DNA of 64,000 nucleotides from Mobula hypostoma (lineage: Eukaryota). Positions 24,977-38,549 of the stretch are shown in pieces. The stretch spans positions 14,882,001-14,946,000 of the forward strand of contig NC_086109.1 in NCBI RefSeq assembly GCF_963921235.1, given 5' to 3'. The translations under genes were made by a program, and so were the position numbers. Position 1 is the stretch's first letter; each line of letters opens with the position of its first letter. The notes beneath the pieces are model-generated. The model had not been told where the DNA came from. It searched no databases and was given only the letters and a program-made list of their open reading frames with translations.

Positions 24977-27900
24977 TAGAAAAGTTACGCCTGGAAACTC
25001 AGTCATTTGTTATGAAAGCAAAGGCCCCGGACATCAGCGAATGTGTGCACGGTATGATACCACAAGCAACACACACAAAATGCTGGAGTTAATCTGGATT
25101 TCCAGCATCTGCAGAACCTCTTCTGATTATAATACCACAAACAACCTTCTGATGTACACAGATGGTCCATGTTTAGGAAATACAAGAGGCTGCAGATGCT
25201 GGAATCCAGGGAAGCAAACAATCTGCCGAGCATCTGAGCAAGTCGGACTGCATTTGTGGTGGGGAGTGGGATGCGGTTGCATTGGGTTGAAACCCTGCAT
25301 CAGCACATTAGGGTTCAGGAAATGCCTCAGCAATATGACATATATTGGCCAATACTCCCTCGCTTGTGGAGTTGCACCATGGGATCTTTCACGTTAACTC
25401 ACAAAGGCAGAAGGAGTCTCAGATGAAAAGTTTTATTCCAAAGATGATACTTCTGCCACTGCACAGTTTTTTCAGTACAGCCTTTAACATATATTCAAGT
25501 CACTGCAGTCCAAATCTGACTACAATGTTACTGTAATGGTATTAGTGGGATTGAGGTGGGGGGGGGGGTGGCGCAGGAGAACACCCCCAATATAAGAAAT
25601 GAAAGTCACCTTGGCTGAATGACTTCATAACTGCATTTAATCAGAAAGCAAGAAATGGAGGAGTTACTCCTTAAGATTAAAAAAAAATCCACTTATGAAC
25701 CGAAGATTCCAGATTGATTCTATTTTGCTGCTTTTAAAAATGCTAAGTCCAGACAAAGAGGTAAAAGGCAAGTTTTCTGAAAGAGGGAATTGTAGCTGAT
25801 CTTCTTAGTTAAGTGAGTGCCACATCATCACATGAGGCAGAGAGAGCTAGAGCAAGCAATCCAGGAATCTTCACTGTTCGCAGTGTGCTTTATCAGACCC
25901 ATATGGGAGCTGTACACTCCCATAAGTCACAAATGTTTTCTCAATAAATGCTGCCAAGGCTTTTGCTTTCCTTAAGGTTTAAAGTAGATTTTTCCCCAAT
26001 AATAGTTTTAAAAGATTCTGTTTCCCCACCTCCACCAGCATCATACTTTCTATTTTTCTTACTCTTCCGTTTGTAAATAGACTGGCGTATATCATAACTT
26101 GGAGTGGAGAGAATGTGGGGGTTGTGCCAAAACTCAGTTAATTTGGTTTGGAACGACCAACAAATAGAAGCTAAATGCATCCAAGAGCTGTTCTAGTTTC
26201 ATTTACTGTATCTGCTGGTTGAGGTTTACATTAAATAAAGGATGTCTCAAAGCTCTGTTACAAAATAAGTGAAATGAAAGCCAATTTGCATACAGTAAGC
26301 TCTTAAAATGCCATGATAATGTCCAGATGTTGATTAGAAATGATCAGAGAAATTATGATGTCTTTATTGTTAATCCAGAATGACATGAAGGGTAAGCCAG
26401 GGTAAATTTGGCTTGGAGCTGTGTCAGAAGACAAAAGATGCCATCCTACTGCAGAGACTCAAGCACATCACTCTGGAATGCTGGTCTCTTAGGTTAGTAT
26501 AAAACTCCTGATGCAGCACTGGCTTCCATTTGTCAACAATCACAATTAGTTAGTGCAATTAGGTTTTACTTTCTTCACGTTATTTGACTAGCTTCAAAGG
26601 ATTTCATTGTCTGCGAAGTACTTCGGATCTTCCATGGTTATAGTGATAGTGTCAGAAGTGCAGCATAGAAATAGATCCTTCAATCTACTAAATCAGTGAT
26701 ATCTATAAACCATGTTAATCCCATATTCTCATCAACTTCTCTCAGGTTCTACCAATGAAGAGGAAGTGGGCAGGAGACAGATCAGCTGGTTGAGTGATGT
26801 TGCAAAAACAACCTCACACTCAATGTCAGCAAAAATCGAGGTATCTACTGTGGATTTCAGGAAGGGGAAGTCAGGAGAATGCACACCAGTCCTCACTGAG
26901 GGATCAGCAGTGGAAAGGGTGAGCAGCTTCAAGTTCCTAGATGTCAACGTTTTTTGCAGTCATGAAGGAGGAACGCCAGTGGCTCTACTTCATTGGGAGT
27001 TTGAAGAGATTTGGTATGTCACCAAAAACACTACAAATCTCTACAGATCCATGGTAGAGAGCACTCTGACTGGCTGCATTAATGCCGAGTATGGAGACTC
27101 TAATATGCAGGATCACAAGAGGCTGCAGAGGGTTGCAGACTAAGGCAGCTCCATCATAGGCAAAGCCCACCCTGCCACTGAAGTCATCATCTCGAGGTGG
27201 TACCTCAAAAAGTGGCATCCAACATTAAATGCCCTCAATATCCAGATCATACCCTCTTTTCATTATTACCATCAGAAAGGTGATGACTGAAAGAGCCTGA
27301 AGATACACACTCAATATTTAAGGAACAGCTTCTTCTCCTCCACCATTAGATTTTTGAATAGTCCACAAACACTACCTCAGTATTCCTCTTTGCACTATCT
27401 ATTTATTTATTTGTAACATAGTGATTTTTGTGTTGCAGCCAAAAAAAAAACCACAATACATTTCAATACACGTCAGTGATAATAAATCTAATTCTGACCC
27501 ATTCTCAATGGGCAATTTACAGTGGCCAATTAACCCATCAACCTACATGTCTTTGGATCGTGGTAGAAAAATCAGAGAACCCAGAAGAATCCCACAAGGC
27601 CATGGGAAACAGTGCAAATCCATACAAACAGCACCAGAGGTTAGAATTAAATTTGGGTCTCTGGCGCCAAGAGGCAGTGGCTAAACCCACTCAATTATAA
27701 AGGTGCGTTTCTAAATACAAGTCCTTCTTTGCTAATATGGAAGGACTGATATTCCCAGGTTTAAATAAAGCTTCCCTAATGGCTAAGGAAGAAAGGGAAT
27801 TTCTCTCAAGCTGTCTACCAGATACCCTGTATGTTTGAAGTCAGTGTCGATTTCCAGTAAAGACCCACCTGGCAATGGAATGTGGGAAGAAGATTGGCGG

Positions 27901-28253
27901 CAAGGGCGGAATTGTTGAATTATTAATTTATTGATAGTAAAAACATTATCTGGGGCATATTTATGGAGTACAATGCTTCCTGTTGCCATAATTTTGCTAT
28001 AACGGCGATCAATGCATTCTATGAAGTACAGCTGGTGCACTGTAAAGCGTAATGGTTAATGAAATACTTTAGAGCACAAGGTCGGGATTCTGGCACCCAT
28101 AGAATCTATGTTTAAGACACTGAAATTCTGTCTTTCTACCAGGAGCAGCAATCCCCAAAACAAACCGCTGGAGGAACTCAGTCAGCATCTGTGAACATTT
28201 TGGGTCGAGCCCTTCATCTGGACAGCAATGAAAAACTTGTTTGGTGGGACATA

Positions 28254-28780
28254 CAGTCTTAGGCACATACGTTTTGCAAGGGCGCCTAAGACTTTTGCAC
28301 AGTTCTATATTTGTCAACATGGTGCAAAGGGCAAGTTTGTAAATCTGGCAGATCAAAAGGTACTGGGAATCGTGAGGGTGGAGTGCTGTGGGAGGGGTGT
28401 GGGACGGGTGGCAGAGGAGTGCCGGGGGTGGGAGTGGCACAGGTGTAGACACACCCAGTCTTGAGACAGCAGGCAAGGTCATTTGATTCCAAACAACTGG
28501 TTTATTGATCATTACAGAATATCTCTCTGGTGCTTCCTACTCCCCCTCAACTCCCTTTCCCCTTTTCCCAACCATGATTCCCCTCTCCCTGCCCCCTTTC
28601 CATTCTCAGTTCACAACAGAGACCCAGGTCAGAATCAGGTTTAACATCAGTCACAAATATTACGAAATTTGTTTATTGCAGCAGCAGTACAGTGCAATAC
28701 ATACAATTACTACAGTACTGTGCAAAAGCCTTAGACGCCCTTAGCTATGTACATGTGCCCAAGACTTTTGCATAGTGCTG
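28254..28780. mobile_element. Tc1-type MITE with internally palindromic TIRs and captured LINE-tail sequence
   Basis: TA flanks; 28254-28300 is the inverse of 28713-28780; each end is itself a tgtgcaaaagtcttaggc...cctaagacttttgcaca hairpin. Confidence 0.7.
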
Positions 28781-31700
28781 TAACTGTGCCCGTTCACTCA
28801 AGGTGCCTGTCAAATCCATATTGCTGCTTCCAGAACCATTGCCGGTAGTAATAAATCTCTAACTAGAAGTGTTATGCAGAAATACGCCTAGCACAAGTTT
28901 CAAAAAGATTAAATGAATTATTCCCTCTGCGATTATTCCCTCTAGATTCTGGGGAAATAAATCGAACTGATGGGAATGCACTAAGAATTGGCAAAGACTC
29001 AGATGAACCAACTGGTTCCTCTATACATCATATGGAAAAATATTACATCATAACGTGGTCCAAGTAGACCCTGAACTTGCTTCACCTGAAGCTAACACTT
29101 GAGCTGTAACTTTCCATATTGTAATGTCATTAGAGATCAATTTGTCTTTTGTTTAAAAAATATATTGGATTACTATGTGGTTAACACCTGCTTTTTTTTT
29201 AAAAATACGTGAATCTGACTTCAATCCAAAATCGAAAACAGCTGCTTACAGAATGACCTCAGGATTTCGGTATCGTCAAAGACAAGCCAGAATTATTTCT
29301 GAAGCTTTACTATTGCCAGATTTTTGGCATTTTTGATGAATTATAAAATGTCATGGATTGTCCCACTTCACCAAGGAGGGTTCTCTTTAAAAATGTTCAT
29401 TGTTTTGGGAGCATTGTTGGAAGAATATATCTTTAGAGGAATAGATTTCTCTTTTTGTACTCTGGGCGTAGGACATTAATTATTCCTATTGGCGTGTTCT
29501 CCTACTGTAGTGCATGCTTAACTTTCCAAAGATATTAAATTCATAAATAAAAAGCACTTTTTGGGTGCCAGAAATGTGTCATAAAGATTTTACGAACACC
29601 AATACGAGCCTAAGACAGCACTGTAATCTTAACCACCATATACTTCAAATATGGAAGCAATAATGTCCCCTCAGAATATATCATGCCTTACTGGGTGTTT
29701 CACTTGTTCCTCCACTCTGCTGCCAGTTCAAGGCCAATCCTATTAAGTGCAGTTTCCAAACAAGCCTTTAAACATTTCACCGCTAGTGCTGTTAAATTTT
29801 ATTTAACTGCAGGTACAATCTTTACACTGAGAAGCTAACCAGCGTGAATTTGTGGTAGAACTTTCCCCCCAAGTCAAAAGGTTATAGTTTTAAGCCTCAC
29901 TCCAGATTTTAAACATACAACGTACACTAGAAGTACCGAACTGTGGAAACCTGGCCAATGCACTTGAGAAATTGTGTACCGGTAAAGATAATTTCCAACA
30001 TTGCACAATGCAATGATTATTCACCTGCAAGCTGACCTGGTCCTTGCTAATAAGCTTGAGTCAGGAAGGAGCTGGTGAGGTCAACCATGAGGCTTTCGAG
30101 ATCCAGGAAGACCTGCATACCCTGGTTGGGCCTGGTGAGGCGGAGTGTATTACTTTTTTTTTCCCCATTACACAGATCACCTGCTTCCATCTCTTACATT
30201 ACCTGTCCATTCACAACTCAACCTGCTGTCACTACCTCAGTGTTCAGGATCAATTCACCCAGCTGCTTCTCGTCTCTGAAGTTTAACCCTATTTGTACAG
30301 CCCACAGCTGTCCAAGGGTAGGCAGTTGCAGGGAAGAATGCCAGAGCTGATCAAGTCAACTGTGGTCACCTTCGAATCCAAACCTGGTAGCAACAGCTAC
30401 TGTGGCGGATTTCTCCAGTTGACAAGTTGGTCAAGTGGTGTCACCTCTGTCTACCTTTATAACATCTCTTGCTTCAACTGCCAGAGGATATGGCTGGTGA
30501 ACTGGTTCTCTGGAGTTCCTCTGTCCAATGCTATCCTCACTCAAGGCCATCGAGGCTGGCTGCTGACCAACTTCATTACAGTTGCTCTTTCCTAGCACCA
30601 TGATTTAATAGGGACCCATGGGCAACTGGCACATACATTTGGAACATGATATACATCAAGAAAAGCCCGAGAACCTCCAGAATGCAAATGGATTATTCCT
30701 TAAGGCCCTTTCATCAGCCAATAACAAAGTAGATGGCAACATCCTCCAAGACCTCTCCTCTGTACAGGAGATAGAATCATAGTGTACCAGAGCACAGAAA
30801 CAGGTCCTTCAGCCCATTTAGTCCATACCGAGTAACTGTTCTGCCTAGTTCCATTGCCCTCCATATCCCAGCCATCCATGCAGCTAACCAAATTTCTGTT
30901 AAATGTTGAAATCAAACTGCTGGCAGCTCATTCCACACTCTCACCACCCTATGAGTGAAGAAGTTCCCTGTCAGGTTCCCCTTAAACATTTCACCTTTCA
31001 TCCTTAACCTAGTCTAGTCTCGCCCAACCTCAGTGGAGAAAGCCTTTTGCATTTACCCTACAGTACTTATACAGGTACTTATATCTCCCCTCATTTTTCT
31101 ATGTGCCAGGGAATAGAGTCCTAACCTAGTCAACTATTCTCTATAACTCAGGTCCTCAAATCCTGGCAACATCATTGTAAATTTCCTCTAATCTTTCAAT
31201 CTTGCTGATATCTTTCCTGTAGGTAGGTGACCAGAACTGCAGACAACACTCCAAATTAGGCCTCAGCAACATCTTATACAATGAATACTGTTGCCTGATG
31301 TTACATTCACCAAAATGATCTATCAAAGCAGCAGCACGCCAATGGTTTTTCTTCTCACCTCAATAAAGTTACTTCAGAAACTGATAAGAATTGATTTTTT
31401 TGCCTCCTCTTTCATTATCACCCGCTGCCTATATCTGATACACTTGACATCACCATATCCAGACTTATACTTCCACTGTTTCTTTCACTTTTGGTGTGGT
31501 CAGACTGGTTTTTCAACATTCAGTATTTTCAGCTTCACGATGAGAAGAACAACAGCTGACAATCACCAACCCCACCCCAGCACCTGCCTCAGGTTGAACC
31601 TGATTATCATTCACCCTGACCAGAAGTGATGTGTTTGACTCCTTATCCGCTCCATTACAAGAATCAGGTTTCCATTTCTTGCATTACCAGCCCCACTCAC

Positions 31701-31884
31701 AGGGGGAAACCATTACCCAAGTTTTGCTCTCTTTCATCTTCAATTACTACAATGCTCCGAAACAGACTTCCACTTTTATATCATCCTCCAAGCAGCAAAA
31801 GGCTGGGGTTAGCTGGAATACAAGCAACAGAGCCACGCGCTGCTTAAACCTTACCAAATCTCACCTCAGTCAAAGTGGCTTTGC

Positions 31885-32245
31885 TCATTTGTTATGTGCC
31901 GTGTCATATGATGTGGGTGATCATGGCCTTTTCACGACCTTGATTGTTTTTGGCAAACTTTTCTGCAGAAGTGTTTTGCCATTGCTGCCTTCTGGGCAGT
32001 GTCTTTACAAAACTGGTGAACCCAGCCATTATCAATACTCTTCGGAGATTGTCTGCCTGGAGTCAGTGGCCACATACCAGGACTTGTGATCTGCATCTGC
32101 TGCTTGCTTGCTCCCAAGGCTTCACGCCACCCTGATCGGGGAGCTAAGCAGGTGCTACACCTTGCCCAAGGTAACCTGCAGGCTAGTGAAGGGAAGGAGT
32201 GCCTTATACCTTTTTTTGCAATGACGCACCTCCACCACACCACAC
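31885..32245 (-). mobile_element. About 350-bp RTE-tail SINE-like repeat; copies at about 42730-43080 (+), 45910-46260 (+) and 62800-63170 (-)
   Basis: Four alignable copies sharing cttgtaaagacactgcccagaagaaggcaatggcaaaccacttctgtagaaaaatttgccaag. Confidence 0.8.
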
Positions 32246-33166
32246 AGAAGTGGCTTACTACTCTCAAATCAAATTAGGAATCAAACCAAAATAGATCAAA
32301 TGGGTGACAGTAAAACCAAGCAGCAGCATGTATTAACCAGGACAGAGGAGAGGTTTGGAGGATTCTGGTATCTACTTTCTCATTGGCTCATGGAAGGACA
32401 TTGTGGGGAATAAATAACAAGAGAACACTGGATTTACTATCTGAACTACCAACTCCTTTAATCTTGTTCTCATTAATCACTTGTACTAAGTGCCTTCCTA
32501 TTTACCACATCACTTCAATAAATTTTAGCATATCCAATACTCATTCAACCATGTTTAATTTGATAGCAAGTCTTGCTCATTTGTCACTCACACTTTCAAT
32601 TTTAGATACCACTGCTATATTACTGCTCTCCATTCTTCCAACTCTTGCCTCTTACGCATCCACTGTCTTACTTTATCCTACCATTGGCAGCTCTGTAGTT
32701 AGATCCACATTTTCTGAACAACTTTTGCCTAAGAGTCTTCACATCTGGACCTGTTATTGCTGTTGAGTGTAGTGTTGCATTTTATTGGTATCCTTCCCAG
32801 CCTCGCTATTACATTAATGGGTCCCCCACCAACTTTCTTCTTGAAGCTGCTAAAGCCTTCAGCAAGGAAGTCATAGAGATATTGTTCTGAATTTCACTGA
32901 GTACAGTGCACAGAAAGAGGCTCAATTAGTTTGTGTTGGAGATTATATCGAGCCCGAACTGCACTTTATCAGCTGTGGAACTATTTCCTTAGAATGGATA
33001 CAGCAAAGTAAGTTATATTAAAAATAAATGGGCAGAATTTTTGAAAAAATACACGTGAAAAACAAGTTGAACACTGAAGGATTTTGAGATATCCTGAGGT
33101 AAATTTCTTTCAAACACTGTCACACAATTCCTGGTTTGATGTTGAAGTTAGTGTTCTGTAACTTAC

Positions 33167-33278
33167 CTGAATGATTACACTGTCTGGCTGAATGAAGTTA
33201 CAGTCAGTTGACGTGGTGAGGCCGGTTCGTTGGCAGGATGGCCACAATCCAAGCAGCTTTCTACCACATGACAGTACA
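33167..33278 (-). CDS. pik3c2b: PIK3C2B exon, 112 bp: (H)VLSCGRKLLGLWPSCQRTGLTTSTDCNFIQPDSVIIQ
   Basis: Translated by hand; ccag acceptor, CAG|gtaagt donor; CGRKLLGLWP motif; phase 2/0. Confidence 0.95.
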
Positions 33279-34442
33279 CTGGAGAACAAGACAAGAAAAA
33301 CACAACTGAATTATAAAAGTGTCGAAACCACACACTTGACAACCTGCACAACTTCAGGATGTCACAAACCACTTTATGACCAACTGAATCATTTTAAAGT
33401 GATGCTCACCACGAAACTTGAAAGCCCTACAAACTGCAATATTCTTGTGCAAGAAAGCTACTTATTTCTTTCCTGCACCCACTGCTCTACACAAATATCT
33501 TCTTTATTCAACAAAGCAGTCTCCCCAGATCACTACACAAAAAACAGAATCCATGATCTTGTTCTCCAGCAGTCTTGCTCAACTGCCTTGAAATTAGTTC
33601 CACTCAGTGGCTGACAAAGTTACAGTATTTAGTCAGTCATAGTTAGCACAGCACAGCTTCTTCATAATAAGTTTTCAAAACTGATCCCATTGCCTGTTTT
33701 CCAGGAGCCTTGTCCATTCCTTGGCTTCAAGTATTTCTTCAGTTATACATTAAAAGGTGCAATGGTCTCTGTCTCAGTTATTGCGGCTAAGCAGTTTGCA
33801 TATCAACGACTTTCTGTAACACAAATCCTCCTACTCACAGTAATACTTCAGCTGTTGAACTCATCACTGTCCTGCCAACTTTAAGGAAATACTTAGTTAA
33901 ATAAAATTGTCCCTTTATTTTCCAAACCTATCAAGTGTTAAATTAAACCTACTTCCAGTAACATACGGATCAATAACTATCGAGCTCAGTTTGAATATAA
34001 AGCAAAACACTGGCCAGACTGTAAACACAAAATAATCTGCAGATGCTGGGGTCAAAGCAAAACTCACAACACGCTGGAGGAACTCAGCAGGTCAGGCAGC
34101 ATCCGTGGAAACTGGCCAGATTGGAAAGGTTGGGTACAGGCCGAATCAAGCCAGCAGGGCCCAGGTCCGAGAGCGACAAATGACCTGTTGTTTGACCTAT
34201 TTAAATGCCAGGCAAAATTGGACAGGTCAGATAGAGGCTGAATCAAGGCAGCGGGGCCAGGGCCAGGGCCAGAGAGCGTATTGAAATGGCAGGGCCGGGA
34301 CTGAGAGCGAGGACTGACCCACTGTTTAGCTGATTCAAGTACCCTATCAAATTGGAAAGGTCAGGTACAGACTGAATCGAGGCGGCAGGGCCTAGGCCTG
34401 ACAACCTATAGAAGCAGTAAGGCCAGATCTTAGAGCAGGGAG

Positions 34443-34975
34443 TAGGATTGCCAACTGTCCCTTATTAGCCGGGACATCCCATATATTGGGCTAAATTGGT
34501 TTGTCCCATACGGGACCGCCCTCGTCCCGTATTTCCCCCACTTAGGTAGAGCGTTCCTATGAAACTGTTCATGCTGAAATGGCGTAAAGCGAAGAAGCAA
34601 TTACCATTAATTTATATGGGAAAAATTTTTGAGCATTCCGAGACCCAAAAAATAACCTACCAAATCATAACAAACAGCACATAAAACCTAAAATAACACT
34701 AACATATAGTAAAAGCAGGAATGATATGATAAATATACAGCCTATATAAAGTAGAAATAATGTATGCACAGTGTAGTTTCACTGAACAGAATTGCCAAAA
34801 CCGATTTGTAGGAAAAAAAATCAGCACGTCACGCATGCGCACGTCATGCATGCACACACAGGTGCCCGCACAAGGCTTCATGGTCATGGTAGTCTTTCTC
34901 GGGGTAAGCACAAGTGTCCCGTATTTGACTGCTACTTTTGTCCCTTATTTGGGAGTGAGAAAGTTGGCAACCCTA
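34443..34975. mobile_element. Non-autonomous hAT element
   Basis: TIRs taggattgccaact / agttggcaacccta; 8-bp TSD gcagggag/gcagggaa; subterminal gtccc repeats. Confidence 0.88.
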
Positions 34976-35294
34976 GCAGGGAATGACCTGAGATTTTGGC
35001 CGATTTAAGTACCAGGCCAGATTGAAAAGGTCAGTGTGCCGGGACTAGAGGAGAGGGACTGGCTGGTGTTCAGTTTGCTGCTCAGCGAGGTTTACTCATC
35101 TCTGCACTGAACTAAGGCTGTGGCCTGCGACTAACAGGCTCCCGGGGATCAGGTGCCGTGATGACTGGCTTCATGGCTGTGGACCTCTTGCATGAGCTTC
35201 AGTTCCGAATGCTACTTGCTTACTTTTATTTGTGCAAAATTCATGCAAACATGCTGTTTGAAGGTCTTTCTTTTAAAAAAAATGGGTTCTATAG

Positions 35295-35522
35295 CAGACA
35301 TCCCACCTCTCCCGGAAGTTCCGGGAGTCTCCCGCATATTAATAGTGGCTCCGTGATGCCCGCAAATTATATACAATATCACGGAAATCAATTTTTTTTG
35401 AGAGCGAGTGAGAGAAAGCAAGAGGGAGCGCGAGAGCGACCACGAGAGAGAGCGAGAGCAAGCAAGCGGGAGCACGTGAGCGAGAGAGAAAGCAAGCGGG
35501 AGCACTTGAGAGTGCACGAGCG

Positions 35523-35554
<32 letters not shown>

Positions 35555-35907
35555 CACGCGCATGCGCCATGGCAGAGTGTTCCAAAAAAAAAATAAAACG
35601 TATGTCACCCCGGACTACACTAAAGTGTACCCCTGCCTAATAGGGGTCAAAATAATGACAGTGTTGCTCGCTGCACTGTTTGCAACAGTGACTTTCCTAT
35701 TGCCCATGGTGGGTTAAGACTGTAAAAGACGTGTTGAGGGGAGTTTAACAGGTGTCATTCATTCATTAGCATAGCTAACATTATTTAAACTAGCTGGCCA
35801 GCTGCTAAGGAGCTACTCTATTGGAGACATTCCACCTCTCCCAGAAGTCTCCGGCAAATTGATGGTGCTACCTCCCTGAAATGAGTTTTTGCAGGGTGGG
35901 ATGTCTG
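35295..35907 (+). mobile_element. hAT-like element with apparent 6-bp TSD and a zinc-finger transposase N-terminal remnant
   Basis: TIRs cagacatcccacc / ggtgggatgtctg; ctatag on both flanks; frameshifted peptide ...DYTKVYPCLIGVK / SVARCTVCNSDFPIAHGG / DCKR; (GA)n tract at 35526-35553. Confidence 0.82.
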
Positions 35908-38549
35908 CTATAGGGTTTCTTTGTTTTGTGGCTGTTTGTAAGGAGACGAATCTCAAGGTTGCATAGAGTATACATACTCTGATAATAAATGTACTTGAAC
36001 TTTGGATGCTGCAAATCTAAGATTAAAAAAATGTTCTGGGAAATAACCAGCAGGTCAGGTACCATCTGCAAATAGTCAGAAAGAGTCCACATTTCAGTTC
36101 AAAGACTATCGGAATTAGAAGCGGTAATAGGTAAAGGTTTCAAGATACAGGCAAGGGGAGGGGGAGGGGCAGAGAGCATGAGAGTATAGATCAGCAATTG
36201 GGTCGAAGTCTGGAAGATATCCAGTGACCAAAAAAGACAGCTGATGCAAGGGCACAGATATGTGAACCAGAGCCCACATTAAGATAATGTTTGAGCATTG
36301 AATGGAGTGGTGGAAGCAGATTCAAAAGCAGCTTTCAAGAATTGTGCAAAGACGCAAAGCAGAACATTTAGACTGATACGGAGAAATGTAGAAAGAGCCA
36401 GGACAATCCTGGGGAACTGATTGGCCTCTTCTTTCACCGTACCATTCTAATACAAATCTTCCTTTATCTTCATCTGTTTTATTGTAAACAGACCCACTAT
36501 TTCAGATTCCTCCTCACGACCGATTTCCTATTCTTCGTATCATCCTGTTGAAGTTATTTTGTGTACTTTCTGTTCGGGTGTGTTAAAGGCCAGAGATATT
36601 TAGCAGATCTGAATGATCACTAAAACTGTATTAAATGGGGATGAAAAGAAATCTTGGATTTAATTTTTAAAGAATATTGACTGTTCTATTCCTTGTTAAG
36701 AAAGTAAATATTAACAGTGCAGTGTTGATCGATTGTATACGGGGGGAAATCTCTTGAAGTCAGATTTAAACTGAGATTGGTAAGACAGTATTTTCTTTGT
36801 TATCTGTATTGGCCTTACTTGAAATATATTCACTCTTATATCTGTTGTAAGCACTATGGCTTCAAAAAAAAATTAAAGCTCAAAGATATTGTGATGACTC
36901 ACCAAAACACTTCCACTGTCCATAAAATACAAGTCAGAACATTTTCCACTCTCCTTGAACAGCCCATCTCCAAATAACACTCAAGTAGATCATCACCATT
37001 CAGGATAAACAGCAGCTGATCGGCATCATAGACACTACCCTGAACATTCACTCTCTCCAGCATTAGGGTTCTGTGGCTTCAATGAATTTATACTCAGTGG
37101 CCATTTTATCAGGCACCTCATGTGTGTATGTTCATGGTCTTCTGCTACTCAGAAAGTCAGGTAGCATCTATGGAGGGGAATAAACAGTCAACAGTTTGGG
37201 CTGAGACCCTTCATCAGGACTGGAAAGGAAGGGGGCAGAAGTCAGAATAATAAGGTGGGTAATAAAGGCAGATATCCTGTTTGATACAGAACATTAAAAT
37301 CTGTGGTGGCTGAAAGAAGATACAATACGCATGACAAGTAAAGCTCATGACCCACCAAGTTCTTCCAGCAATATGTTATTTGCTCCATATTCCAGCAACC
37401 ACAGTCACTTTTATCCACAAGTCGAACTCTATTGTTACAGCAACCCTATCTCCTTTCTTGGAACTTGTTCTCTGTATGCCTCAAAGGCAAAGACTAGTTT
37501 TTGCTAGATATATTTCAGTTTGTGTTTTTATAGGATAAGTGTCAGTAAGAATACTGTCCAACACAGCTGGTGAATGCAACTACTCCACAAGTTACAGTGC
37601 GACCACAGTACACTTCTGCCTTCTTATTCTGCCTACTGTCTCCTTCTGTTCCGGTCCTAATAAAGGTTATGGCCCAAAATGGCCCAGAGATGCTGCCTTT
37701 CGTCTTAAATTCCTCCAGCATTTTGTGTGTGGTGCTTTAGAAATAGACTGTTATTCTTTCATTGTCATGGTGTCCAAACTTGGAAACTTCCTCTCAGCAA
37801 CACTCTGGATGTACCTTCACTGAGTGAACAGTACCTCACCACCACCTGCTCAATAGCAAAGATACAGGAAATAAAAGCTAGGTACTAGGTGAAAGATAAC
37901 CTTACGAAAGATACCTTACCACCATCTGCTCAACAGCAAAGACAAAGGCAATAAAAGCAAGGATGTGATGTTGAGGCTTTATAAAACAGAGGCGAGGCTA
38001 CACTTGGAGCACTGTGAGCTATTTTGGGCCCCTTATCGAAGGGAGGATATGCTGACCTCAGACAGGATTTAAAGGAGGTTTACGAAAATGATTCCAGGAT
38101 TGAAAGGCTCATCATCTGAGGAGCACTGATGGCTTTGGGCCTCTGCTCACTGGAATTCAGAAGAATGAGTGGTGACCTCATTGAAACCTATTAAATGTTG
38201 AAAGGCCTTGACAGAGTGGATGTGAAGAGGATGTTTCCTATTGTGGGAGAGTCTAAAACCAGAGAACACAGCCTCAGAATAGCAGGGCATCCTTTTAGAA
38301 TGAAGATGAGGAATTTCTTTAGCCAGAGAGTGGTGAATCTGTGGAATTCGATGCCACAAGCAGCTGTGAAGGCCAAGTCAGTGGGTATATTTAAGGCAGC
38401 GGTTGATAGATTCTTGACCAGTCAGGGCATGAAGGGATACAAGCAGAAGGTAGGAGATTGGGACTGAGAGGAAAAATGCATTAGCCAGGATGAAATGATG
38501 GAGCAGACTCGATGGGCCAAATGGTCTAATTCCATTCCTATGTCTTATA

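Noticed and set aside
24894..25397. Longest ORF in the track (167 aa)
   Set aside because: It spans a SINE tail and PLE fragments and shows no recognisable protein similarity.
34111..34442. Regularly spaced repeats (CRISPR-like array)
   Set aside because: The units are degenerate whole-unit repeats within a eukaryotic transposon, with no unique spacers or cas genes.
35158..35640. 160-aa ORF with ERERER repeats
   Set aside because: It reads through the (GA)n microsatellite of a hAT element and crosses the insertion junction; not a host gene.
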